DNA of 64,000 nt from Tubulanus polymorphus (Eukaryota > Animalia > Nemertea): positions 17,112,110 through 17,176,109 of the forward strand of contig NC_134030.1 in NCBI RefSeq assembly GCF_964204645.1, read 5' to 3'. A program made the translations under genes and the position numbers. Under the pieces are notes generated by a model. That model was not told the origin of the DNA and did no database searches. It saw only the letters and a program-made list of their open reading frames with translations. This document shows positions 10,808 through 23,800 of the stretch, piece by piece (position 1 is the stretch's first letter; every line of letters starts with the position of its first letter).

Positions 10808-12689
10808 TAGGGTTTTATCATTCGTCACGGTCGAATGATTTCGCGTGCTCTACTTTGTCCGCGGAGCGTATCACTGCTCGTCTCGCTTGACCAATCACCG
10901 CGTGCGTTGACCGCATGAAAACTATAAATTTGGTGCAATCGCGCTCATTGGCAACTTGGCTCTGGCAGAGCCACATTAGAAACTCTCTCTTGCTGCCTCT
11001 TCACCGTTTTACGAATCGGACGCTGTAAATCGTACAGATCATGTAAGAAGACAATTTTACTTTCTATTTAAGACACGGGCCTCCGGGTCGTCTGACCCCG
11101 GGATCGCTGCAGTGGTTTTTGACATCCCGCCCTCAGTGAGTCCCGGGTGCCGACGCACCCTGGGGCCGTGTAGTCGTCGGCCATGGGCTGCCGATAAACT
11201 CGTCACTTACAATCCTGTAAATATTGTAAATTCTCCGTTAATTCATCGTCTGTTTAAATTCAATCCTTTGACGATGCCATCTTAACGCTCTCGTCGCTGT
11301 AATTAGTAATAGTAATAGTAATAATAATAGTATGGTATATCTTCTGTGCTATTTCCGTAATCTTACTCCGAGATGTCATTTCTGCTGGCCATGAAAATCG
11401 CCTGTATTCAGTATCACTCCTTTTTCGAACGAACACGCGGTCGTTTCATCTCCTTCTTGACGTCGCCTCTGAATTTCGACTCTTCGAGTTCGCGTCAACG
11501 ACATTTTGAATTTGGCGCGCCGTCGTTGATTAACGACAACGCTCGTCGTTAACTATTTGACGCTCCGTCGTATAATTCTTATCGTTGATTAACGACAACG
11601 GTCGTCGTTAACTATTTGACGCTCCGTCGTATAATTCTTATCGTTGATTGAAAACAACGCTCGTCGTTAACTATTTGACGCTCCGTCATATAATTCTTAT
11701 CGTTGATAAACGACCACGCTCGTCGTTAACTATTTGACGCTCCGTCGTTAACATCTTAATCGTTGATTAGCTTCAACGCTCGTTTACTGAGACCTAAGTT
11801 ATATTAGATACACGCCGGAGTCCGCCGCGCCACCGCTTCTATTTGACGTTCGGTCGTCTCTTTTGTATGCTACCGTACATTGACTGTACCAAGGCTTTGC
11901 AAGCCATGAAGGGCACATTCTTTTTATGTATCGAAATGTAAAGAATCAAGGTGTTTTGCGTGTGGACATGATGTCCCCTTGGCATCAAGAACGATGAACT
12001 TTGTATTATAAGAAAATATATATATTTAATAATTCGTACTACATTCCAATCAAACTTCGAATCTTGCGTTTATTTCATTCGCCGGCACTGGAAGAAAGGA
12101 CGAAGATTTCTGTTGTTTTCCTGCTGCATCGAACCCATTTAGTTCTACGTGAGGATCGTTCCCCTATTGGCCGTCGCTACGGACAACACTTATGCATACG
12201 ACTAGTTTGACAGATCTGGCATGAGTCGCAATTAGCTCCTGAGATGACGGGGGACAGCTATGTGCGAGAGGGCACTTGGAATGGGGGTAGCCATATCCGC
12301 CGAGTAATCAACACTGCGAGTTTCGTCCGAGGAAAGCCCCTAAAGCAGATTACTCTTGAGGAGAGCGGGTTGGGGGGTCTGTATTGGCCACACAGATTAA
12401 GGCTACGTGGTGTAGGGAGGCGACTGTTTGGAGGAGAGCGTACTGCTTAAGCGCCCTTTTTAGCGACATTTTTCAATAGAGGAACAGATTCTACATATTT
12501 TATACCATTTACTTTCCTGGGGAAGACAAGAGTCTCCTTGCCGTATTCACTACCCGAGTGCGGTCGACCCAGGCGGACTCGTGTTGCGAGCGCCCCGGCA
12601 CAGCAGAGCGACTACGACTACGCTACCTATGGACAACAGCAGTCACTACCTGAATTACTATTTTATATGTTTACACTACAACCGCTACA
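10808..12689 (+). repeat. 3' LTR, 5'-truncated
   Basis: Near-identical to 3838-5883; ~4.5 copies of the 59-bp unit (11523-11785); ends CGCTACA followed by TSD AATT. Confidence 0.9.
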
Positions 12690-13649
12690 AATTGAATTGT
12701 CACCTAATACACATGCCATCAGTGGACGCGGAGCCGTATATGACAGCTATGCTATTATAAATTGCTAATCTCAGGAAACCTGCGTACCCCTAATATCGAA
12801 CATATCTAAAACATTTGAATATTGAAATTATATGTTTACACGTTTTTATATAGACCGCTTGATGCCCTACTCAGGTCGTAGATAGCTTCGTCATGTCAGG
12901 GTCTGACTTTTACATCGGACTTCCAAATCGTGTATACATCCGCCATTTAACCGAATAATCCGATTTACTTATCATTTCTATTTATGCCTGCCGCTCCTGA
13001 TATAATCATACATCCTTTACTATTACAGTAAGTGTTCTCATGATATTCAATGCAATATAACATTTCGACGTTCAAATAGAGGGCATTACATAATCACGGA
13101 GCCATTCTACATCTTTGTCAATAATATGTGGCCAAATAGCTTGTATGTGTACACATAGACCTGTGACGTTTTGCACATCGATTTACGGTTGTCGTTTGTA
13201 AAATGACGCTGAATGGTTAACATTATTTAGGTTTCATAATGGTAACGCAGACCTGCCTACCCAGAATTTTTGCTGCCAGTAGTTTCAGTAGTAGTAGGGC
13301 CAGTAGTTTTTTGTCATTTTTCCTAGATCGTATTCAGACTCTTCTAAGAGTAATTTTGACTTCTGCTTTTCTGTCAAAATCGTAGTTTTCACTTCCTCAG
13401 AGTACTTTTAAAATGTCTACATTGTCACAGAATATAAATGAAGTAAAACAATCTTCTAATAATAATTGTATCTTTTATTCTAATCTAAACTGTTATGAAG
13501 TGATCATATAAATGCAAAAATAAGGAACACATTTTTTCATTAAACTAAACTAACCACATTGAGATTTACACCAGCAGTTATCTCGAATGTAGTTAATTTT
13601 TCAAAGAATGAGAGTATGCATGCTTTAATTCATCAAGATAACTATCTGT

Positions 13650-16600
13650 CAGGGATGATAACAGACCATTATTGAAAAGGCGGAAACGAGCGCCGTAGGC
13701 GCGAAGTAATTACGGGTGGTCTGGGGGCCCTCCCCCAGAAAATTTTTGATTTTCACATCATCTCAGATCGTTTTTCAGCAGTTTTCCGATTGAAATTTCA
13801 CTCAGCAAAGCCAAAAAATCAAACAACATCGTCCATGTTTTACACAACACACTGCTAGTTCCAAGACGGCAGGGACATAATTGATGCAGAGACAACTATA
13901 ATGTAACTAGTAGGTTCGAATCCCACATTGATCAATCTTCTTGAAAGCGACGATCACTTGCCCACGCAATAGATAATTGAATTAGACTTTATTTTCCAGC
14001 ATGCATCATTAAAGCACTAATTTTTAATAAACTGATATCACAACAAGCTAGATTTCCATAAAAAAAACTTAAATAGAACAGTGGGTTATCTTATGAATTT
14101 TCTAACGAAGTAAGGTTTGGAAAAATATTCTATAAAACACATGTACACATCATTACCAATCTAAACATACTACATGTACATAGTCAGTACAGTCAGTCGG
14201 CATCATTTTATTTAACAAAACACATAAATGTTTTTCCAATAGTGGACAAGCCAGAGATTACTTCTTTTTTAATAGTCTTACAAGTTCCATCTGCTTATGT
14301 CTTTTAGCTTGTCGTTGTTTTGCACGCATAGCAGATACATGTGCCTCTCGGGCTTTCTTTGCAGCTGAGATGCACTGTTCGCGGGCTTTGCGTTTTGAAA
14401 CTTTCTTAACCTCTTTAGCCTGAAGTTCCTCCATACGAGCCGCTTTCTTATCTTTTTCACCCTGCAATTCATCCTTGTATCGTTTAGCTGCAGTGTTCAT
14501 ATTTTTAACGAGATTTGGACACACAGGGTCATGAAGAATATCTTCTCTTTTGAAAAAGTCTACAGCTGACGTTTTGCCTAATCCGTATTTCACACTCTGG
14601 ATTGCGCTGAAAGATTTGACATGAAGTCTATTGGTTGTGCTGTTCAGAATTTCGCCCATAATGCTAAACGAGCTCTCGACAACTGGGCAACTGAAACAGC
14701 TAAGTAAAGCAAATACCATGCGACAGAGGTATGGATATTTGCCCAAATCATGTACAGCAGCCCACCAGGAATCGATTCTAACTTGCTTTCCATCTTTATC
14801 AACTGCTGCTGGCAGACTGGAATCCGAGTGGAATTTATGCACTTCTAATTTATAACAGTTGATCTCCGTTTCATTAGCCAGAACATTGACGACTAATTGT
14901 GGGAGTTTTTTCATATATTTCAGTGCCGTTTCATGTCGCTGGCATTTTGGGTCTATTGCCGAGATATACCGGAGAAGTTTATTGTCGATAGGCATTTTTT
15001 TAGCGAGGTACTGGGCGGTATTGAGATAGGCCCTCTCGACACGATCATGAAAGTCTTTGACAAACTGGGATGATTTATTTTCCCCCGCAATTATTTGGGA
15101 TGCAGATTCGCCTATGAACATCTCAGTGGTTGGCAGGAGGTTTTCTGAGATTATCAGAGAAGACAACTTTCGATCCGATTCAGGAATTGCAGATGGTTTA
15201 ACACAAAGGGAAATGAAATCCCTGAATAATTGACATTGCTCATCATTGAGCTTGTGGACACATGGCTCTTCAACAGTTTGGAATAAGAGTACATATCTTT
15301 TTAGAACTGGCAATACCGCCGTGTAAAAATGCACATAAAGCTTAAGCTTTTTACGCTGAATGATGAGTTTATCGATAATTCGTAGCTTTCTTTCTTTTCC
15401 TTCCGCTGTCAGATTTTTCCATTTGGCGGCAGCAGCAACATAGATTTTTTTGATCTCATCTTTCGTGGGTTCAGACAAGTTAAATTTGCGATATATGTCA
15501 ACACATAGAGCCAAATACACGATTTTGTCTTTCTGTATAAATCCATAGTACAGCAGAGTATATCCATCGATTTTGCGAATAAGGTCTGACGCCGCATCAT
15601 GGACCGATAGCCATCGGGTTCCGACGTACCGCTCGGGCATCGAAAACCCAATGCCTAAGAGATCAAGGATAATTTGGAGCCAGTTTTCTACGTCCTTAGA
15701 AAAATGCAAATCACTTGCAATATCGGTTATCAATTTCTCTATGAATCCATCAAATTCTTTTGTGAAATGTTTCGCGGCGTTGTGAGTGTGATGTATCGAA
15801 TCACCGTCGATGTCAAGCAAATGCTGGGCCAAATTATCCTTTATTAACTTCTCCAAGCCAGTTTTACTACCTCTCATGACGTTACAGCTGTCGAGGAGGA
15901 CAGACATTAATCGGTTATAATCTAAATCACGCTGCTGGAAAACCTCAACCAAAGCACTATAAACAGATGCGCTAGTGGTAGAAATAAGATTACATGAGGC
16001 CAAATGTCTGACAACAACTTGTCTCTCCTTCTCACTAAAGTAACTGACAAGGATCGACAGAACTTTTTTTGTGGATTGGCTTGTAGCCTCATCGATGTTT
16101 AGTGAATAGAACGTATTTCTGAGTTCATCCGCTAACTGTTCTTCGGTGGTTTGCGCCAGACCCAGTCGCATCTTATATGAAGCCGCTAAACGACCCATAG
16201 ACAATTTGCTTAATGCTGCCCGATCCATGGCAAGTGCTTTTGCCAACTCAATCAATTTTGGAGACTGAGAAAACGGCAATGAGTTTTCAGCAATATATGA
16301 AAGAACTAAAGCCTCCTGGCTTACGACCCGGTCCGATATTGGGACTTTAGGTTTAGCGGTCGTCGTAACGGCCTGTTGTTCATTATTTGGATTTTGGAAT
16401 ATTGGGCAGATCCCGTAAGATCGACCAACATCGGCTCCCGAACTACCTGAAAGTGAATGCAAATTCTAGTTCTTTATTCGGTTTGATTTTACAATTTAAG
16501 AAAAACTTGAAAATCGTCTAATTTTATTTACAAATATTAACCTGTGTGGCATGTGAACGTAGGCCTACTTACCTGGAAGTACGTAATTAGATCTCCGTTC

Positions 16601-17225
16601 TTTGACGATGTCAACGTGTTTCTGAGTTTTAGCGTGGTTTTCAAGCGCAATTCGACCCTTACTTCCGTATTTTATTTCTGTTTGGCACCAGAGACAATAA
16701 GCTTTCCCCGGTATGTCTATCTTCCTCACGAAGTCAGCGAGAGGAATCCCATCAACCATTTTCTCCAGCCAATCCCACTTCCATAGGTTTTTTTTAAATT
16801 CTTTTTGGTCGATTGTCCTGGGGTCAATCGTCCCAACTCTCTCAACAATTTTCCACATGATTCTATATCGCAATTTCACACTACGCACACGTGTTTAAAA
16901 CACAAGCATGTACTATTAAAAACGACCACCGCTCGGTGAAAAATCAATAATGTAGATACATGTATATACATATATCCAGACACGCGCTCGCCAACCGACA
17001 GAGAAAACTTTGTTAGTATACAAATGCCGCTAAATGATCGCATTTAAAAATAGATCGGGAAACGATTTTATGGTCATGCCAATCTATCCTTACAATGCTG
17101 GAAAACCACAGTCATCGTCCTAACCCCCACCCCATTTTTTCAACGGATATGCATTGATCTGAGAAATGATAAAAATTGATTGAAAAGGCGGAAATCCGCC
17201 GATCGGCGGAAAATTATCATCCCTG
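13650..17225 (-). mobile_element. hAT DNA transposon B (6-bp TSD), apparently intact
   Basis: TIR CAGGGATGATAA / TTATCATCCCTG; TSD ATCTGT at 13644-13649 and 17226-17231; subterminal TTGAAAAGGCGGAAA motif near both ends. Confidence 0.92.
14258..16858 (-). CDS. hAT-B transposase, 2 exons (16858-16573, 16446-14258), ~824 aa
   Basis: GT-AG intron joins in frame (VLPG|SSGAD); BED-like W..CLWC...H...H; NIDEAT, LLDSC, DSIH, TRWLS, VESSFS; no stop codons. Confidence 0.9.
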
Positions 17226-19798
17226 ATCTGTGTAAGCAATTTCACTTGGATTGGATTTCAACACTAACAATGCTTCAAGCGTTTTGTCTTCCAAACAAAA
17301 TCTCTGATCAGTACGATTTTTTCTCACACATGAGAACATCCGTTCACAATGTGCCCTTGAATGAGGTATGCTCAGAATGCTGCACATTACAGAACTCAAA
17401 TTCTTGAATAAGCAACTATCAAACTCTTCAACTGCGCCAATTTGTGACCACACACTATCTAATCTCGGCTTACTAGATACATTTATCGTCGCAATAAGCT
17501 CACCATCATGAACATATTCATTAAATTGTTTAGTGACTTGGTCTTTCAGTCTATCATTACAAACAATTTCATACATTTCAAGGTAAGACAACAGGTCTTC
17601 TGATTTCACCGACTTTCTTTGTTCTGGTAATGTTAACTCAAGGGCTGGATTTTTGGCATACAGTTGAAGCATGCATGTTGCTAGTTCTGAATAAATGCCA
17701 TCTTCATATAATCCAACCTTTTGCCACACTTTCTCAATATTAGAATTGGTCAATTCTTTCGTAATATGGCGGAAATCAGTTACTTGGTACAAACAAAATT
17801 CCTCCAGAATAGTTTCTTTGGCTACACCATGTGGTATGATACACGGAAACCTATCTAAAAAGAATTCGAGATGACTTTGAGGAACACTTTCATTCAACGA
17901 TATGTCAGCAACCTCACAGCAGTGAAGCAACTTATCAGATACAGGGAGTTTATCCAACATATAGTCCAGCAGACTTGTATAGTATTTGACTATGTTGGCG
18001 TAGAAATCCGTGATCCTTGTGTCCTTCAAATAGTTTTTGTCTTTATCTTTGATAAATGACTGTGCTTCATCACCTATCATGATCAAATGATTTGGCTTTC
18101 TGTTGTAATTCAACTTATTCTGAACCTTATCAAAAGTAAATCCTACCAGTGCAGACGGTTTTAAAAATCGTTGTTGGATTTTTCCAATTAAGGCTTTGAT
18201 AGACCTCCTCAAGAGATAAATGTTTGGTTCCTGGGACTGCAAATTTAGTAGTATGTCATCAAAGACATGTACTGCGTAATTAAGAAAAAGGCAATACAAC
18301 TTATTAGTAGGCGACCTGAAGAATTCACAGAGTGATTGGCTCTTTGCATAAGCTTGGTTAGGTCTATTATCAGCAGCGTTTGAAGCTTTTTCTTTGTTGA
18401 AAAACTTTTTCAAAGGTTCCCAATTGTAAATCAACCTTTCAATGCACCTGAAAAGTATATGTAATACATAACGATTATCTTTAAATATTGAATTACAACT
18501 TTTTACCTACAAATAGATGAATCCTGATTTTCCATTTAAACTAACAGTTATATATATATAGTTACATAATCACCTTCCAATGCTTAGCCACCTTGTTTGG
18601 CCATGTTCAAGAACAGGTTTTGGTGCAAGTCCACATTCCGTAGTTAGAGATGCAAGTTCCGACTGCCTTTTATCGCTCATTTTCAAATGATTAAAGACAT
18701 CAACTAATATATCATCAATACCAGGTAGGTGTGCACTAGCAGCTTTCCGTGCTGCAATGTGGACCAAATGCAACACACAGCCTAACAGGTAAATATCAGG
18801 ATTTTTCTTCTTGGCAAAAGCAATCACACCATTCTTATCGCCCACATTCACATTCGTATTGTCTAATCCCAATGCAAGACAGTTTTCCCACTTAATGTTG
18901 TTTCTACTGAGCTCACTGTCTAAAAGTTTAAAAATATTTTCACCCGAAATTAAACCGAAAGTAAGTATATAGTTAGGTTAGTTTAACATCTATTTCAAGA
19001 AGATGAATCAATGTATTTCCCTATTAAAAAAAAATTCAGAAACGAAACTTACCAGTTGATCTGCCATCAATAGTTGGTACAGACAGGAGCTCCGAATCCA
19101 CATTCTTCGTAATACCATTAAACAGCCTAACAACAATGGGATACTGCTTTCCATGGTTGTCATCATTGCTACCATCAGTTGATATTGTAAGTGGTTGTGT
19201 CGTCTGATAATTGACTGCTGAACTACTATTGCTGATTTTTTCATGATGACTGTGTTTTTACTACGTCTACAGCTGTAACCTGAAATGGGTAATCTTATAA
19301 TTGAAATAACAAATAAATTCGAAAGTGGAATACAAATTGAGTGGAAGACCAGTGTAAAATAGAATGTCAACTCCCACACCCTCCTAGTGTGACATAAGGC
19401 CAAAACAAAATATAAGAACCTTCACCAACAAGTAAAAAACATACATATTAATTCAAGAACTTTTTGATGTGTTACTTGGTAATTATAAATCATCATAACC
19501 CTTGTTTCCCTCTCATCAGTATCAAAATTTTGAAGCTGAAGAAATGTGTAAAACTATGATGTATTATACCTAGGTCTCCAAATGTTTACAAAAAAATATC
19601 TTAGTTATCAATAGGACTTTTTATTGCCTGTTGAATCAGAGACTCCGACACTGTAAAAAATATAAGCCTTATTACAATTCAACAGAGACTAGACAACAGA
19701 CATGTCCAATGATTTATGGTAGCATTTGGAGTGAAATTTTGCAACAGGTTCAATTTATGTTCGATAGATGGCGCTAGTAGTAGCTCAACTGTCAAATA

Positions 19799-20321
19799 CA
19801 GTCAACTCCGCATAAGTCGTAGCCCTCGGGACTGACGATTTTGCTACGACTTACGTGATGTACGAGTTATGTGTAAGTCATATTTTTACGAGTTATCTAA
19901 AAGTCGTGGTTTTAAACGAATTCCACGAATAACCCGTGAGAATACGATATATACGATTCTCAAATTCCAGCGTGGTTAGTCCCCGGCCCAGTCGTATCCT
20001 GAGCTGACCGTGCAGGTCCTATATATCGTGCCCTACCACAAGAAAGTTACATTGTAACAGTCTAAACAAAGGCAATATTGTAGCGTATTTTTAATTTATC
20101 TGCTGCTGGCATATCGGGCTACGACTTACGCGCGGTATTTTGAATGAAACCAGAAGATTTGGACTTTAAAATTGATACGACTTACGTGAAAATACGACTT
20201 ATAAAGTACGAGTTATAAGCATAATTCTATAAGGTATAAAGAAGAAAATCGGGACCAAAATGATTATACGAGAGATGTGATGATACGACTAATTCGATGA
20301 CGACTTATGCAGGGTTTACTG
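19799..20321. mobile_element. pogo/Tigger-like MITE in a hAT-A intron
   Basis: TA flanks; 22-bp TIR CAGTCAACTCCGCATAAGTCGT (3 mismatches); internal TACGACTTA repeats. Confidence 0.85.
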
Positions 20322-20785
20322 TATGTTAGCTCACATGGCAGTCACATTCCGATAATAATCCCTAAATTTCAAGACATAAAGATTGCAATCCAAACTTCTA
20401 AAGGCAATCTTCATGTTAAATATCGATTTTGAAAAAGTTTTATCGATGACTTTTATATTTTTTTTGCGCATTTTCCGGATGTTAGAACATGAACAATGAA
20501 AAACGGTTACTCCAAAACTTTTGATGACGAAGTCACTAAAATAAAATGACTCGGCGGTAGTTTATTTGAATCGGTCGGGAGACCGTAACCACACATATAT
20601 TTTGTTTTGGCCTAATATTACGTACAATCCTTTAATTTATTATCATGTTGTTTATCATAGAATAGTAAGTATGCCTACCATACCAAAACATCTTGTTTTT
20701 CTGGCACTTACCTTGTGCAAAGTGTTTGGTTAATCGTGTTGCAGTATTCAACGGCAAGTTCAACTCGGCGATTAGCTCAGATGTT

Positions 20786-20875
20786 AGTAATTGGAAGATG
20801 TGGGTTTCAGATCAGAGTACTAGAGTACTAAACACCACTCATCACCACAAGTAATTTTTTTTCCTAATAAATGGG
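20786..20875 (+). repeat. Polinton left TIR
   Basis: Reverse complement of 39720-39809. Confidence 0.95.
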
Positions 20876-23800
20876 AGAGAGTGAGTACCAGACAGAAAAC
20901 AATAATGTTAATAAAAATCAATATTATTGCCCATATTGTAAAAAATACATCGATAAATCTAATAAATCTAAACATAAAAAATCTTCAAATCATATAAAAA
21001 ATGTAATAAATTTTGAAACTCCAGAAAATTCTAATGAAAGAAAAGAACGATTAGAAAATATGAATGTGGATGAAATAAAATGTGAAGTTTGTAATGAATT
21101 TATAGTAAAAAGGAATTATAATAGACATCTCGAATCACAAAAACATTATAAAAATTTAAATAAAAATGTTTTAGGATCAGAATATTTTGATAATAAACCT
21201 CAACAAGTAAAAAAATCAACTTCAAAAACTAAATCCATTTCAAATAAACCTTACATGGAAAATGTTAGAAATTATATTGATTCACTAGAAATAAAAGATA
21301 CAATTGAAATTTTAGAAACATTACATAGTAAAATTGGTCCTGCAGCTATTATATTTAGATTCTTTAAAGGAACAACAATAGAAGATTATAGTAAATTTAA
21401 TGAAATAATAGAAAAAATACTAGATTTGATAACAGATGTTGAATATCCAAAAATTAGTATCTCTGGGAAAGTAAGTTTTATAAAGTCAGAAGAAAAAATG
21501 AATTATAATATTCAAACACTCTGAAGAAATAATTTCAAAAACACAAACAAAAGAGAAGTTAGAAAAAATATTTAATGAATTTAAACGTCATATTGAAGAA
21601 AGATATTTTGAGGGTTCTGGCTTAACATTGAATGAAATTATATATTTAGATTTAAATGTTTATAATACAAAAAGGAATAAAACATCAAAAAGTAATAAAA
21701 TGTTTAAAAATGATTCAAACTTTACAACAGAAAAGGATATTAAAGCATCATCTTATATTAAATTACCATTTACAACAAAAGCAGTAATAAATATTCAAAA
21801 TGAAGATAATAAATGTTTTCTATGGTCAATTATTAGTTGCTTACATCCAACACAGGAAAATGTTTGTAGAATAACAGATTATCGGAAATATGAAACATTA
21901 TATAAAATTGATCAATATTCAGTAACTATAAAAATGATTCCTAAAATAGAAAAAGTTAATAATTTAAAAATAAATGTATTTGAATTAATGCAATTACCAA
22001 AGACAAAAGGTGAAAATATTAAAGATTATACATTGGAAGCTTTATATTTAACAGAATATTATGATGATGAAAATGCTATAGATTTGTTATATTATAAAAA
22101 AGATGAAAATGAACATTATATGTGGTTAAAACAAATTGATTTATTCTTTAGAACAGAAAGTGATCATCATCGTAAAATTTATCTATGTAGAAAATGTTTA
22201 TCTAAATTTATGACTGAGAATGCGTTACTAAAACATAAAGAATTATGTGATAATAAAGATTTTTGTAAATTAATAATACCAACAGAAAAAGATTATAAAT
22301 TGAAATTTACTAATCATAAATTTAAGAATATTGTTCCATTTGTAATTTATGGGGATTTTGAATCGTTGAATAAAGAATTAACTAATCAAGATAGAAAAGA
22401 AATATATAACAAAAAGCAATTATTAAAATCAATGGATAAAGGAAATGAATTAAATGAAGACCCACCGATTATAAATACAATTAAAAAAGTTCATCAAACA
22501 GCTGCTGCTTATGGAATTTATATAAAATCAAATTATCCTGAATTATATGAAAGTCAATATATTTCTTTTAGAGGTGAAAATGTAGTTAATGATTTTTGTG
22601 ATAAAATGATTGAATTAGAAAGTGATTTTGCAAAATTATTAAACAAAAATAAAAGAATAGTTATGACAAAAGAAGATGAAATTGATTTTAATTATGCAAC
22701 TCATTGTTGTTATTGTGAAAAACGTTTTTATTCATTTGATAAAAAAGTTAGAGATCATGATCATTTAAATTCAAAATATCGTGGGGCTGCTCATGAAGAT
22801 TGCAATTTACAAGCTAAGAAAGTTAATTTCGTACCAATATTATTTCATAATTTATCAGGCTATGATACCCATCTATTTATAAAACAATTATCAGGAAAAT
22901 TGGGTTCAATTAATCAAGAAATAGAAGAATATAATGCTATGAATGGCGTAAATGTAAGAAAATATGATTTTAAACTATTAGCTAAAACATCTGAAAGTTA
23001 TATTTCATTTCAATTTGGTTGCATTAGATTTTTAGATTCTTATAGATTTCTAGCAAGTTCATTAGATAATTTATCAAAAAGTTTAGTTGATAATGATTTT
23101 ATAATAACTCGATATTATTATCCAAATGAACAAGATTTTAAATTATTGAGATAAAAAGGTGCAATTCCTTATTCATTTTATAAAACACACAATGATTTTA
23201 ATGTAACAGAATTATTAAAAGATCAATTTTATGATCGATTAAAAGAGGAGTATGTGAAAGATGAAGTGTTTAATAGAACATTAAATATTTGGAACCATTT
23301 TAAGATGAAAAATCATGGTGAATTAGTTGATTTATATTTAAAATCAGATGTTATGATATTGGCTGACATATTTGAAAAATTTAGAGAAGTTAATTTGAAT
23401 CATTTTAATGTTGATCCTTGTTATTGCTACTCTAGTCCTGGTTTAACCTGGCAATGTGGTTTAAAATATACAAATGTAGAATTAGATTTATTAAAAGAAC
23501 CAGACATGGTTTTATTATTTGAAAAATCAATTAGAGGTGGAATTAGTGGTGTTATGGGAGATAGGAATTTTAAAGCAAATGATGAATATAAATTATTATA
23601 TATTGACGCCAATAATTTATATGGCTGGGCAATGATGCAACCTCAACCATACAAAAATTTTATATTAACAGAAGTTGAAAATGATGATAAAACTGATTGG
23701 GAAAGCGCAATTGTGCGTTTAAAAGATGAAGCACCAATTGGTTATTTCTTTGTAGTTGATTTAGAATATCCTGAAAATATAAAGTTTAAAACAAGAAACT

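Larger units (their letters stand above)
152..12689 (+). mobile_element. Ty3/Gypsy LTR retrotransposon with very long LTRs, non-autonomous (RT/RH/IN deleted)
   Basis: Starts TGTGGCG (152) and ends CGCTACA (12689); 4-bp TSD AATT at 148-151 and 12690-12693; ~1.9-kb direct repeat 3838-5883 vs 10808-12689; PBS after the 5' LTR; gag zinc knuckle and DTG protease inside. Confidence 0.85.
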
